From contig JALNYR010000002.1 in NCBI GenBank assembly GCA_023229725.1, positions 1-51,753 on the forward strand: a DNA stretch of 51,753 nt. Reading direction: 5' to 3'. Source of the stretch: Dehalococcoidia bacterium (GTDB lineage: Bacteria; Chloroflexota; Dehalococcoidia; GIF9; AB-539-J10). Below are positions 7,683-17,481 of the stretch, piece by piece. The position numbers and the translations under genes were made by a program. The notes below the pieces were generated by a model. The model was not told where the DNA came from. It worked only from the letters and a program-made list of their open reading frames with translations, and ran no database searches. The stretch's first letter is position 1; every line of letters starts with the position of its first letter.

Positions 7683-8677
7683 CGGCTCGTCTCCCGGTAG
7701 AGGTGACAGGCCACCGTCACTCCACCACGGAGTTCGCATTCCGGCGGCGCTTGAACCGAACAAACAGTCATGGCCTCCGGACAGGCGGGATGGAAGGGGC
7801 AGCCCGGGGGGAAGTGGATGAGGTCCAGCGTCTCGGCGGCCACGTCCGAAAGCGGCTCGCCGCGGGTCCGCCGCTGCGCGGTGAGGAGGAGCCGGCTGTA
7901 CGGATGGTGCGGCCGGCTGAGGACATCCGCGCACGGTCCGGACTCCACGATGCGCCCTCCGTACATGACGGCCACGCGGTCGCACGCGGCCCCAATCGCA
8001 TCGACATCGTGGCTGACGACGAGCATCGAGAGCCCGCCGCGCAGTCGCTGCAACGCCTCAAGCGCCTGTGCCTTGACGGCCCTGTCGAGAGCGGTGGTCG
8101 GCTCGTCGGCGATGAGCAGCCTCGGCTGCATGACGAGCGCCATGGCGATGAGCACTCGCTGGCGCATGCCGCCGGAGAGCTGGTGCGGGTAGCTGCGCAG
8201 CAGCCGGTCGAGCACCGGCCCGGCCTCGAAGCCGAGGCTGCCGAAGACGCGGGCGAACTCGCCGGAGTCGGCGGAGTCGTCGCCCCGGCGACCCGAAGGC
8301 TGGAGTCCCCCACCGCCCCTCCGCACCGCGAGCGCCTCGAGAAGTTGCCGTCTGACCGTGTACGCCGGGTTGAGCGCAGTCGCCTGGTTCTGCGGCACGA
8401 GCGCGATGACCCGGCCCCGGATGCGCTGCATCTCAGGTTCGCCGAGCGACGTGATGTCGCGCCCCTCGAGCAGCACCTGCCCTCTCACGATGCGTCCCGG
8501 CTGCTGCAAGTGCAGCAGCGAAAGGAAGAGCACGGTCTTGCCGCAGCCGCTCTCGCCCATGATGCCGAGGCTCTCGCCGGTCCGCACCTCGAGGCTGACG
8601 CCGTTGTTGGCGCGCACGGTGCCGGCCGGTGTGTCGAAGCACACGTGCAGGTCATTCACGTTCAAGAGCGCGTTCAC
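7679..8677 (-). CDS. oligopeptide/dipeptide-type ABC transporter ATP-binding protein (OppD/DppD-like)
   Basis: Walker [10 protein letters not shown], signature [15 protein letters not shown], Walker [16 protein letters not shown] start at 8677 ([14 protein letters not shown]...) overlaps the permease stop (GTGA). The long upstream extension of the ORF is Arg/Pro-rich and not credible. Confidence 0.9.
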   Translation of the reverse strand: MNALLNVNDLHVCFDTPAGTVRANNGVSLEVRTGESLGIMGESGCGKTVLFLSLLHLQQPGRIVRGQVLLEGRDITSLGEPEMQRIRGRVIALVPQNQATALNPAYTVRRQLLEALAVRRGGGGLQPSGRRGDDSADSGEFARVFGSLGFEAGPVLDRLLRSYPHQLSGGMRQRVLIAMALVMQPRLLIADEPTTALDRAVKAQALEALQRLRGGLSMLVVSHDVDAIGAACDRVAVMYGGRIVESGPCADVLSRPHHPYSRLLLTAQRRTRGEPLSDVAAETLDLIHFPPGCPFHPACPEAMTVCSVQAPPECELRGGVTVACHLYRETSR

Positions 8678-9513
8678 CGGTCGAGCGCCCTCCTCAGGCG
8701 CGGGTCGCTGCGCTCCTCGATGCCGAAGCTGACGAGGGTGAGGCCGAAGATACAGAGACCGATGCAGAGGCCCGGCGGCAGGTACCACCACCACAGCTCG
8801 CGGATGAAGCCGCCGCGCGCGAAGGCGTAGTGCAGCATCATGCCCCAGCTCTTCGTCGTCGGGTCGCCCAGCCCGAGGAAGCTCAAGGACGCCTCCATGA
8901 GCATGGCGGCGGCCACCGTCAGCACGAGCTTCGCCAGCACGAGCGGCAGGACGTTCGGGAGGACGTGGCGCCGCATGAGCCAGCCATCGCCCGCGCCGAG
9001 CGCGCGAGCGGCTTCGACGTAGCCGGACTGCCGTACGCTCAGCACCTGCGAGCGGATGACGCGCGCCGTGGACGGCCAAAAGACGAGGCCGATGATGAGT
9101 ATGGTGTGCCACAGGCCCGGCCCGAGGTAGACGGAGACAAGGATGACGAGCGGCAGCGCGGGGATGACGAGAACGACATCCGTGAGGCCCATGAGCGCCT
9201 CATCGAGCCGGCCGCGCCGGAAGCCGGCGAGCAGCCCGACGAGCACGCCGAGGCTCACCGCGAGCAAGCCGCTGAGCAGGCCCACGGTGAGCGAGACGCG
9301 CGCTCCGGTGATGAGCTCCGAGAGGATGTCCCGTCCGACATCGTCCGTGCCCAGCAGATGGGTGGCGGTCGGCGACAGGAACGGTTCGAAGTGCGCCCAC
9401 GGGTCGTGCGGCGCCAGCAGCGGCGCGAGCAGCGCCCCGAGGACGAACGCGGCGAAGAGCGCCAGCCCGGCGAGCGCCAGGCGATTGTGGCGCACGTGCT
9501 CCGTGAACTGCAT
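8674..9513 (-). CDS. ABC transporter permease (OppC/DppC-like)
   Basis: Multi-TM protein with the binding-protein-dependent-transport EAA-type loop ...YVEAARALGAGDGWLMRRHVLPN.... It sits in the operon between the second permease and the ATPases. Confidence 0.9.
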   Translation of the reverse strand: MQFTEHVRHNRLALAGLALFAAFVLGALLAPLLAPHDPWAHFEPFLSPTATHLLGTDDVGRDILSELITGARVSLTVGLLSGLLAVSLGVLVGLLAGFRRGRLDEALMGLTDVVLVIPALPLVILVSVYLGPGLWHTILIIGLVFWPSTARVIRSQVLSVRQSGYVEAARALGAGDGWLMRRHVLPNVLPLVLAKLVLTVAAAMLMEASLSFLGLGDPTTKSWGMMLHYAFARGGFIRELWWWYLPPGLCIGLCIFGLTLVSFGIEERSDPRLRRALDR

Positions 9514-9516
9514 CGC

Positions 9517-10521
9517 CTACCTCGTCCTCGGGTCGAGCAGCGGGTACAGCACGTCCGCGATGAAGTTGGCCGCCAGCACGCACAGGGCGATGATGAGGAA
9601 GGCCGACTGCAGCAGGGGGTAGTCCCGGGCCGCTATCGCATCGTAGATGAGGGTGCCCATGCCCGGCCAGGAGAAGACGACCTCGACGAGCAGCGCTCCG
9701 GAGAGCACCATGCCGAACTGGATGGCGGTGACGGTGACGAGCGGCGCCAGCGCATTCCGCAGGACGTGCCTGAAGAGCACGGCCATGCCGGAGAGGCCCT
9801 TCGCCTGCGCCATAAGGACATAGTCCTCGCCGAGAATGGAGACGACCGAGCCGCGCACGATGAAGAAGTCGTACGTGGCCTTGAAGGCGGTGATGACCAC
9901 GAACGGCAGCAGCATGTGCCAGCCGACGTCCAGGAGGTAGGGCAGGTCCGTCGCGCCGCCTGACGTGGCCCGCCCCAGGGGGAACCAGTCGAGCCGGAAG
10001 CTGAAGACAAACAGCAGCAGCATGGCGAGCCAGTAGTGCGGCATGGCGTAGACGAAAAGGTTCGCCGCGGAGAGCCCGATGTCCACTCGTGAGCCGCGGC
10101 GCCAGGCGGCGAGGCCGCCCAGCAGCGCGGCAAGCAGCGCCGCGATGAGGACGGACGGCAGGACGAGCGCCAGCGTCCAGCGCAGATGCAGCGCGATGGC
10201 GTCGCGCACCGGTCGCAGGTAGAGGTACGAGTAGCCCCAGTCGCCTGTCAGCAGTCCCATCAGATAGCGTCCGTACTGCACGAGCAGCGGCCGGTCGAGG
10301 CCGAGGTCGGCCTTCAACTCGTCGAGCGCGCCGCCGGCGGCGTAGTACGCCTCTTCGCCGACGAGGTTCATGAGCGGGTCGCCGGGCATCAGCCGGGGCA
10401 GCAGGAAGTTGAGGGTCACGATGACGAACAGGACGACGAGATACCTCGCCGCCCTGGCGGCTATCGTGGCCGAGAGGTGCTCGTGCCGCTGTACAGGTAC
10501 GGCGCTCGTCACGGTTGCCAT
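9517..10521 (-). CDS. ABC transporter permease (OppB/DppB-like)
   Basis: N-terminal ...RYLVVLFVIVTLNFLLPRLMPGDP... and ...DYVLMAQAKGLSGMAVLFRHVLRNAL... are typical OppB/DppB motifs. Confidence 0.9.
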   Translation of the reverse strand: MATVTSAVPVQRHEHLSATIAARAARYLVVLFVIVTLNFLLPRLMPGDPLMNLVGEEAYYAAGGALDELKADLGLDRPLLVQYGRYLMGLLTGDWGYSYLYLRPVRDAIALHLRWTLALVLPSVLIAALLAALLGGLAAWRRGSRVDIGLSAANLFVYAMPHYWLAMLLLFVFSFRLDWFPLGRATSGGATDLPYLLDVGWHMLLPFVVITAFKATYDFFIVRGSVVSILGEDYVLMAQAKGLSGMAVLFRHVLRNALAPLVTVTAIQFGMVLSGALLVEVVFSWPGMGTLIYDAIAARDYPLLQSAFLIIALCVLAANFIADVLYPLLDPRTR

Positions 10522-10540
10522 GTGTGCCTTGAAGACGGCC

Positions 10541-12196
10541 TCACTTCTTCGTCACGGTAGACCAGGAGAAGCTGTTGACCACTCCTCCGTAGATATTGTC
10601 GATGGTCCAGTCCTCCCAGCCCTTGCGGTACGGGTAGAGGCTTTCGGTCCAGGCGAGCGCGATGCCGGGCAGGTAGTCGGAATGCAACTGCTGCAGCTCC
10701 CTGTCGAGCCGCTCCTGCTCCGCGGGGTCGCCCGTGGCGAGGCGTGCGTCGCAGACGGCAAGATACTCGGGTGCCGCCAGGTTGTGCAACACTCCGGCGC
10801 CGGTGCGGCGCGAGTCGAAGTAGCCGGAGCCGTGGCTCGCGTGCATGAGCGTGCCCCACGGAGTGGCGCGGAAGAAGACGAGGTCGTAATCCATGGCATC
10901 CTTTGCAGCGATCCAGGTGGCGTTGTCGACGCCCCTGACCGCGCTGTCGATGCCGACGGCCTCCAGATCCGCGGCCACCATCTCGGTGGCGCGGAGCGTG
11001 CTGGAGACATCGCCGCGGGTGAGCAACCTCAACACGATGTTCTTGCCGTCAGCGCCCTCGCGGATGCCGTCGCCGTTCGTATCCATCCAGCTCAGCGAGT
11101 CGAGCAGCCGGTTGGCTTTCGCCACATCCTGAGCCAGCTCCGGAAGGTCGGCGTTGAAGTTCGGATGCGTGGGCGGCACAAAGCCGGCGGTGGGCGTGCT
11201 GCCGTAGCCGGAGAAGACGAGGTCGACTATCTGCTCGTAGTTGATGGCGGCCGCGACCGCCTGCCGGAAGGCGAGGTCCGACGTCGCCGGGCGGTCGATA
11301 TTGAAGCCGATGGCGGCCGGCACGCCGAGGTACGTGGACGTCGCGAACTCCACGTTGCCGCTCTCCTGCAGGGGCGGGACGTGCGTGTAGGGGAACTCGC
11401 CGGAGTAGTCCCACCACGTGTCTATCTCGCCGTTGGCGAGCGCCATGACGAGCGCGTCCATGGTGCGGTAGACGTTGACCTCAAGCCGGTCGATTGTCGT
11501 CTCCTCCTGGAAATAGTACTCGTTCGCGACGAAGACGAACCTGCCGGCGGCGGGGTCCCAGCTCTCAAGTGCAAAGGGGCCGGAGCCGATGACCCTGTCG
11601 GCGCCCTCATAAGTGAGCGGATCTTCGACGGCGCCCCAGACGCTCTCGGGAACGACCGAGTAGGTCATGAACTCGGTGAGCAGGTTGCCGTAGGGACGCG
11701 TGAGGGAGAGGATGACGTCGTTGCCGTCCACCGTGACGCTCTCGATGACATCCTGCATCCAGCCCGCCTGCGGGTCCTTGTCCCGGTAGTACTCGATGGA
11801 GAACTTCACATCGTACGGGGTGAGCAGCACGCCGTCGTGACATTCGGCATCTTCCGCGATGGTGAAGGTATACGTCCTGCTGTCATCCGAGATGGTCCAG
11901 CCGGTCGCCAGCCACGGCACGGGCTTCATGTCCGGGCCGAGCTTGATGAGGCTGTCGTGCGTGGTGATATTGGAGAGCACGCCGTACCAGTAGTCGGCGA
12001 ACCTGTTGGTGGTCTTGAAGGGCTTCGTCGTGCCGACGCGGAGGACAACCGGAGCGACGGAGGGAACCGGGCTCATCGTGGGCGTGGTCGGGTGGCTCTG
12101 CGGGTTCTCCGACGGAGCCGGCCCGGTGCAGGCGGCGCTTCCTGCCAGAAGCGCGATTGCCACCAGGGCCGACAGCACGTGTCCGATGGTCCTCAT
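10541..12196 (-). CDS. ABC transporter substrate-binding lipoprotein, family 5 (peptide/nickel/opine type)
   Basis: Lipobox LLAGSAAC near the N-terminus, a ~550-aa family-5 SBP fold by length and composition, AAAGGAG Shine-Dalgarno, and first position in the permease/ATPase operon. Confidence 0.88.
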   Translation of the reverse strand: MRTIGHVLSALVAIALLAGSAACTGPAPSENPQSHPTTPTMSPVPSVAPVVLRVGTTKPFKTTNRFADYWYGVLSNITTHDSLIKLGPDMKPVPWLATGWTISDDSRTYTFTIAEDAECHDGVLLTPYDVKFSIEYYRDKDPQAGWMQDVIESVTVDGNDVILSLTRPYGNLLTEFMTYSVVPESVWGAVEDPLTYEGADRVIGSGPFALESWDPAAGRFVFVANEYYFQEETTIDRLEVNVYRTMDALVMALANGEIDTWWDYSGEFPYTHVPPLQESGNVEFATSTYLGVPAAIGFNIDRPATSDLAFRQAVAAAINYEQIVDLVFSGYGSTPTAGFVPPTHPNFNADLPELAQDVAKANRLLDSLSWMDTNGDGIREGADGKNIVLRLLTRGDVSSTLRATEMVAADLEAVGIDSAVRGVDNATWIAAKDAMDYDLVFFRATPWGTLMHASHGSGYFDSRRTGAGVLHNLAAPEYLAVCDARLATGDPAEQERLDRELQQLHSDYLPGIALAWTESLYPYRKGWEDWTIDNIYGGVVNSFSWSTVTKK

Positions 12197-12212
12197 ATCG
12201 TCTCCTTTTCGC

Positions 12213-13040
12213 TCAGTCGCACGTCACCGAGATGAGGGCGTCCGTGTACGAGCGCCGCAGCCACGCGTCGCCGTCGCGCTGAGTGGTCATGCCATGGCTG
12301 ATGACGTAATCACGAAGAGCCTGGCACTGCCCGGCGTCAAGGCCGGGGTTGTAGCGAAAGATGTCCATCTGAGTCTCGAGCGGCACATCGTAGCTGTAGT
12401 CGACGAACTCGACCTCCGGCCGGTAGCCGAGGCCGGTGAGCATCTCACACAGCCCGGTGTAGTCAGGGCATGGCTCGATGCCGAACAGGTCCCTGAAGAC
12501 AGCCGAAAGGCTGTTGCCCGCCGTATGGACGAGCAGGAGGCAATGGTCCGCGATCCGGCACATCTTCCGCAGGGCCGCGGCGATGTCGTCCATCTGGAGC
12601 GAGTGAATCGCCAGGACAAGGTCGTGGCTGCCCAACTCCTCAACGTCGACATCCTCCCACCGCTTCTCAACAACCGTCACGTTCCCGGCGCCTTCGCGCC
12701 GGATTGCCTCGTGAAGCTGCCTCGCCTGTGCAGGAGACGGTTCGACGGCGGTCACGCTGTGCGCCGTGCGAGCCAGAGGAACGGCGAAGAGGCCGGTCCC
12801 CGCGCCGATATCGAGCACCGTGCCACCGGGCCGTGCGTACGTCATGACGCGGTCAAGCAGGACGCCGGGGTAGTCGCCCTGCATGGCGGCGACCCATGCG
12901 CCGTAGCGCTCCCAGAAGGCCTCCTCGCGTATGCCGGCGCGGCGCAGGTTGGCCTCGAGGCTTGCGCGCCGGCGATGTGCCCGCCACGTCGCGGCCGATG
13001 CCTCGACCACTGTCTCAGATTCCGGATATGCCGGTAGCAC
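12213..13040 (-). CDS. class I SAM-dependent methyltransferase
   Basis: Motif I VLDIGAGTGLFAVPLA. GTG start at 13040 with GGGAGGAG 5 nt upstream. The stop lies 17 nt before the SBP gene start, so co-transcription is likely. Confidence 0.8.
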   Translation of the reverse strand: MLPAYPESETVVEASAATWRAHRRRASLEANLRRAGIREEAFWERYGAWVAAMQGDYPGVLLDRVMTYARPGGTVLDIGAGTGLFAVPLARTAHSVTAVEPSPAQARQLHEAIRREGAGNVTVVEKRWEDVDVEELGSHDLVLAIHSLQMDDIAAALRKMCRIADHCLLLVHTAGNSLSAVFRDLFGIEPCPDYTGLCEMLTGLGYRPEVEFVDYSYDVPLETQMDIFRYNPGLDAGQCQALRDYVISHGMTTQRDGDAWLRRSYTDALISVTCD

Positions 13041-13134
13041 GTTGTCTCCTCCCGGGCTCGTCCGCGCACGACGCGCTTCAGAGTGTCATTGCAACTTGTT
13101 GCAGTACTGAGACCAAAAAAGAGAGCCGGGGCCG

Positions 13135-13548
13135 CTACGTCTCCTTCGCGCAGGCCTGGCAGAGGCCGTTCATCACCACATGGTGAAGGTCGACGTGGAA
13201 GCCATAGTCCCGGGCGAGTGACTGCTCCAGCGGGGCGAACAGGTCCTCCGCGCACTCGACGGTCTTGCCGCACTTCCGGCAGACCAGGTGGTGGTGGTGC
13301 CCCTCCTCGGCGTGGTGGTAGACGAAGGTATCGCCGATGCGGCTCTTGAAGACGCAGCCCGCTTCCTCGAGCAGGTCGAGCGTCCGGTACACCGTCGACT
13401 TGTCCACGCCAGGCATGCGTTCCTGGGCGTGAGCGATAATCTCATCCGCCGTGAGGTGGGCTCCTGTGTCGTGGAGGATATCAGCGATGAGCCGCCGCTG
13501 CGGCGTGAGCTTGTACCCTTTCTGCCTGAGCGTTATGACGCATGTCAT
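13135..13548 (-). CDS. Fur-family metalloregulator (Fur/Zur/Nur/PerR type)
   Basis: ...KLTPQRRLIADIL...LTADEI...STVYRTLDLLEEAG..., HHxH(E)...HHHHLVCRKCGK...C..LCQAC, which gives two CxxC pairs. I chose the start at ATG 13548 (MTCVI...); ATG 13569 is also possible. Confidence 0.85.
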   Translation of the reverse strand: MTCVITLRQKGYKLTPQRRLIADILHDTGAHLTADEIIAHAQERMPGVDKSTVYRTLDLLEEAGCVFKSRIGDTFVYHHAEEGHHHHLVCRKCGKTVECAEDLFAPLEQSLARDYGFHVDLHHVVMNGLCQACAKET

Positions 13549-13670
13549 CGTAGCTGCACCTGGTCGCAATTATGGCAGCGCCGCTGCGGAACGTCAAGGA
13601 AGGGCCATAAGGTGAGCGCGTCTTGCCCGACCGGAAAGGGTGCGCACGGGCAGCGACGGTGGGCCAGCCA

Positions 13671-13708
13671 CAACCGGATGGCGGGCGGACGCGGAGGTCC
13701 GCCCCTAC
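13671..13708 (+). repeat. single REP-like hairpin
   Basis: CAACCGGATGGCGGGCGGACGCGGAGGTCCGCCCCTAC, between the fur-like and Rieske genes. Confidence 0.85.
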
Positions 13709-13848
13709 GGCGGAGCAGCCGACGGTTGTAGCGAAAGCACCCGCTGGCGTCGATTCAGTTGAGACCGGTGCATGCCCTACCACCATCAAGCGGGAACCAA
13801 ATGGGCAGCAGCGGCCGATGAAGACAGACGAGGCAATTGCCCCCGGGG

Positions 13849-14187
13849 CTAGACTTCCACCTTCACGTCGTCGCCGTCCATCACCACCTTGAACGTCTGC
13901 TGCCCGCTCGCGCCCCTGCCGGCCGTGAGCGCCTTGCCGGCGAAGCCGACATTCTTCACGACCGTGCCAGTCTTCACATCGTACTGTGCGCCGTGACGGG
14001 GGCATATCACGATGCCGCTCTCAAACCTGCCCTTTGTGAGGTCTCCACCCATGTGTGAGCAGACCGCATCCAGGGCGTAGACAGTCCCTCCGACGTTGGC
14101 AAGCAGCAGCTTCCTGCCGCCGGCTTCGACACCAAGCATCTTGCCGTTCGCTATCTGGCTCTTCCTGGCAACCGTAATCAGCGCCAT
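13849..14187 (-). CDS. Rieske (2Fe-2S) domain protein
   Basis: CSHMGG ... CPRHGAQYD Rieske motifs. ATG 14187 is preceded by GGAGGAATCGAGC. Confidence 0.8.
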   Translation of the reverse strand: MALITVARKSQIANGKMLGVEAGGRKLLLANVGGTVYALDAVCSHMGGDLTKGRFESGIVICPRHGAQYDVKTGTVVKNVGFAGKALTAGRGASGQQTFKVVMDGDDVKVEV

Positions 14188-14343
14188 GCTCGATTCCTCC
14201 CTCGTACAGGTACGTGCAGCAGCCTGTATGGTGCACCGACGCACTGCAGCCGTCAACGAGCGGCGCTTCGCTTCTCATCGCTCCAGGGAATACGGTCCCG
14301 CGTGACCGCAGGGACCCAGAACCGCGGACCCGCAACAGTATTA

Positions 14344-14352
14344 TGGTACTAT
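14344..14352 (+). promoter_or_regulatory. extended -10 promoter element TGGTACTAT upstream of the histidine kinase gene
   Basis: A TGn + TACTAT motif about 80 nt upstream of ATG 14435. No good -35 element is present. Confidence 0.4.
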
Positions 14353-14434
14353 CGGTGCATGCTCCCCGTCCGCGGTGCGACTCATCCGCACCGGCGTCCT
14401 TCCTGTCCGGACGGCATGAAGGTAAGGCGCGCCC

Positions 14435-15637
14435 ATGGTTCCGCCATCGCAACCTGAAGTACTCGACGTCGATATCCCCGACTCGCTTCGCCAGAGGTGG
14501 CAGGCTGCGTTGACACTCCTTGGCGAGTTGCTTGATATCCCGGCTCCGCTGGTGGTGCGCGCCCACACAAACGAGGTCGAGGTGTTCGCAAGCGGCCAAC
14601 GCGAGGGCAACGTCTACAAGGTGGGAGAGAGGTCACGTCTCAACACCGGCCTCTACTGCGAGACCGTGATGGCAACGCGGAGCGAGCTTCTCGTACCCGA
14701 CGCTCGGAAAGACCCCGACTGGGACCGCAAGCCGGACATCAAACGCGGAATGGTATCGTACCTTGGTCTCCCCCTGGAATGGCCCTCGGGCCACATCTTC
14801 GGGACGGTTTGCGTCCTGGACAAGGTCGAGCGCCGCCATTCGGACCTGCACCGCCGCGTGCTGAGCCAGTTCCGCGACCTCATCCAGAGCGACCTCGCTC
14901 TCGTATTCGAGAACCACCTGCTGCGGCAGGAGATAGCAGAGCGGACAGCCGTGGAAACCGAGCTTCGTGCGACGCACGAGGAACTTCGTAACTTCGCCGG
15001 CCGGCTGCAACTCGCCCGGGAACAGGAGCGTTCGGTCGTCGCACACAGGTTGCACGACGACATCGCCCAGGCACTCACGGCGGTGAAGATGGACCTCGAC
15101 GCCTGGGCCAGGAAGTTCCCGGCGACCGCGCAGCCGTCGGCAAGCCCGCTGTTCGCGTCAATCACCTCCACGCTCGACGGCGCGATAGCACGAGTGCGGT
15201 CGCTTTTCGATGACCTCATCCCGGCGATGCTCGAAGACCTGGGTCTGATTCCGACCATGGAGTGGGAGGCGGATGAGTTCGCACGGCGAACCGGCATTCC
15301 CTGCTCGGTTCAGGGACCGAAGAGGCTGAGACGCATCGAGCGCCGCACCGGTCTGCTGCTGTACCGCATCGTTCAGCAGACGCTGACGCACTTGGCCGAG
15401 CCCTTCTCGGTTCAGCAGGTCCACATCGTGCTCAGCCAGGAGGGCGGCAAGACGGTGCTGCGACTCTCGGCAGTCGGGCATGCGGAGTCGGCGAACACAA
15501 CCACGGAGTCCGGCCACATGCTCATCGCCGATCTCCGCCATGAACTCGAGAGTCGCGGCGGCACGCTGCAGATGGGGCGCTCGACCGATGGCGAGATGGT
15601 GATGCTGGTCACCGTGCCGTCGGTGGCCCCCAGGTAG
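14435..15637 (+). CDS. GAF-domain sensor histidine kinase (HisKA_3/NarL-partner type), orphan
   Basis: A GAF-like N-terminal half, then the H-box REQERSVVAHRLHDDIAQAL (HisKA_3 type), then a C-terminal ATPase-like segment. No response regulator is adjacent. Confidence 0.82.
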   Translation: MVPPSQPEVLDVDIPDSLRQRWQAALTLLGELLDIPAPLVVRAHTNEVEVFASGQREGNVYKVGERSRLNTGLYCETVMATRSELLVPDARKDPDWDRKPDIKRGMVSYLGLPLEWPSGHIFGTVCVLDKVERRHSDLHRRVLSQFRDLIQSDLALVFENHLLRQEIAERTAVETELRATHEELRNFAGRLQLAREQERSVVAHRLHDDIAQALTAVKMDLDAWARKFPATAQPSASPLFASITSTLDGAIARVRSLFDDLIPAMLEDLGLIPTMEWEADEFARRTGIPCSVQGPKRLRRIERRTGLLLYRIVQQTLTHLAEPFSVQQVHIVLSQEGGKTVLRLSAVGHAESANTTTESGHMLIADLRHELESRGGTLQMGRSTDGEMVMLVTVPSVAPR

Positions 15638-15711
15638 GCTGCCCTCCAGCACGTCCTCCCTGTCCCCGGCCTTTCACGTGCTCCACCGTGCGCGACGCAG
15701 ACAGCGCGCCG

Positions 15712-16906
15712 TCACCCCATTCGCCCGCCGGCCCGGCCCAGCCGCGAGCGCAACCGGGACGGCCTCGAGCCGTAGACGGCGCTGGCCAGGAGCTTGCCGA
15801 CGAGGGGCAGCGGGTCCCGCCAAGACGGGAGAAGCATCTTCGTGTGCGGGTCGACGAAATCCGCAAGCCACTGTCGAACGATGCTGCGTTTCCGGGGATG
15901 GCTCAGCATGCAGAGCATATCCAGCGTGAAGAAGTAGCGCGCCTTCATGTCCGTGCGGTACGACGTGACCGGCGCGACGTCGCCATCCATCGCCAGCCGG
16001 TAGAGCAGGTACGGGAAATCAACACCGGCAACCGTCGAGGTGTAGAGCGAGCCCCAGAGCCGCGGGTTGACCTCCATGAACGTGGGCTTGCCGTCGCGCG
16101 GGTCGATACGGAACTCCACCTCGGCGGGGCCGTACCAGTGCATCTCCTTCAGCATGGCGAGCGCCATGCCGGCCAGTTCCGGCCACCGCACCGCCTGGCC
16201 GCACGAAGTGGGGCCTGCAAGGGGGGGGATACGTCCGGATACGCCTGCAGACGACCGCCGCACGCGGCAGCGAGTCGCGGCCCAGCAGCACGTCCACGTC
16301 GTACGTCAGGCCTCCCCACGGAACGTACTCTTGGACGATGACGGGGCCGAACACCTTCTCGATGTGTTCACAGGAGGGCCGGACGTCCTCGGCGCGCTCA
16401 ACCCTGCGGAGTCCGAGGCTGCCGTGGGAGTTGCGCGGACGGACGATGACCGGCAGCTGCAACTGCGCCAGCGCCGCCGCGACGTCACCCGGACCCGCCA
16501 CCGCGAAGGTGGCCGGCACCCTGAGTCCGCAGCGTCGCGCCACCTCCACGGAGAGCGCCTTGTCGTGCGCGCGGCGCAGCGCGTCGCAGCCCGTGAACGG
16601 GAACCGGGCGAGCTGCTGGATCTCGCCCTTCCGGCGCGCCAGCGCGAAGAGCGCGTCATCGAGGACGGGAATCACGACGTCACAGGGGTGCCGCGCGAGG
16701 TCGCCCAAGACGAAGTCCGCGTACCTGTCCGGGTGACGTTCGGGGTCCGGCGAAACGGCGGCGCGCCGGCAGTACCGCGAGAAGAAGCCGACGGAGACGC
16801 GGTCGTTGTCCAGGGCCGTCACGCGAATGCCCTTCTCACCGAGGGAACGGATGACGACAAGGCCCGCTCTTGATTGCGCGTCCGTCACCAGGACCGACGA
16901 TGTCAT
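15712..16906 (-). pseudogene. ATP-grasp domain protein, reading frame broken at a C8 homopolymer
   Basis: ORF 16019..16906 carries the N-terminal and central ATP-grasp parts (MTSSVLVTDAQSRAGLVVIRSLGEKGIRV...PVIVRP...VIVQEYVPWG...). ORF 15712..16263 carries the rest (...WYGPAEVEFRIDPRDGKPTFMEVNPRLWGSL...). The frames switch at G8 on the + strand, 16221..16228. Removing one base gives ...RIRTYPPLAGPTSCGQAV.... Confidence 0.75.
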
Positions 16907-17004
16907 GTGCTGCTCAAGCCGGGGGTATTGCGACCCGACCGGAGACAGTATGCACCATCGCGCAGTGCGGACACGAGACCGGCAGTGCAGCAGGCGAACG
17001 GCAG

Positions 17005-17425
17005 CAACGGCGGGCGTGTGGCAACCGGACGGCGGGCACGCAGCCGCGTGCCCCTACCGCAGCCACGTCCATTGCATCCATCCGGTCCATCGGGTCCATC
17101 GACCACGTACGCGGGCAGGCGTGGAAGCCTGCCCCTACGGGAGAAAGGGCCCCCGCCGCGGGCGGACGCAGAGGTCCGCCCCTGCACCGGAGGGTGCAAC
17201 TGCAGGTGGCGAGTGGGCCCACGGCGTGCCGACGCAACGCAGCGGGCGAGGCATGCCTCGCCCCTACGACAATCCCAGCACCCCGTGTCCATGCAGGGCA
17301 GGGACGCGGCGTCCGGATGTAGGGGCCGTTCGAGAACGGCCCGGTGACGGGAGTGAAACGCGGTTCATGGTGACAACGGCGGGCGTCCGGCACGTCGATG
17401 GTGGGAGGGTCCGAGACCCTCCCAC
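17005..17425. repeat. cluster of six REP-like hairpins plus ATGGAC array D
   Basis: The CTAC-type tail ends at 17057, 17138, 17185 (CTGC variant) and 17267. An inverted copy has its GTAG head at 17319..17342. A CCCAC variant lies at 17403..17425. The stems are all different. Confidence 0.9.
17067..17099 (-). repeat. ATGGAC array D: 4 units, opposite orientation, embedded in a REP-like cluster
   Basis: GTCCAT/ATCCAT at 17067, 17076, 17085 and 17094 (exact 9-bp phase). The array is flanked on both sides by CTAC-tailed hairpins. Confidence 0.85.
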
Positions 17426-17441
17426 GGGAGGAAAGGCCGCG

Positions 17442-17450
17442 TGCTAGTAT
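17442..17450 (+). promoter_or_regulatory. extended -10 promoter element TGCTAGTAT upstream of the DUF3467 gene
   Basis: A TGn + TAGTAT motif about 30 nt upstream of ATG 17482. Confidence 0.4.
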
Positions 17451-17481
17451 ACGGGCCGAGCGAACCGCACAGGAGGTCATC

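Noticed and set aside
13041-13134. An intrinsic terminator after the fur-like gene, suggested by a T6 run on the minus strand at about 13115..13120.
   Set aside because: The sequence preceding the T-run forms only a weak, interrupted stem. The region is also the likely promoter of the methyltransferase/ABC operon. The evidence is not strong enough to call.
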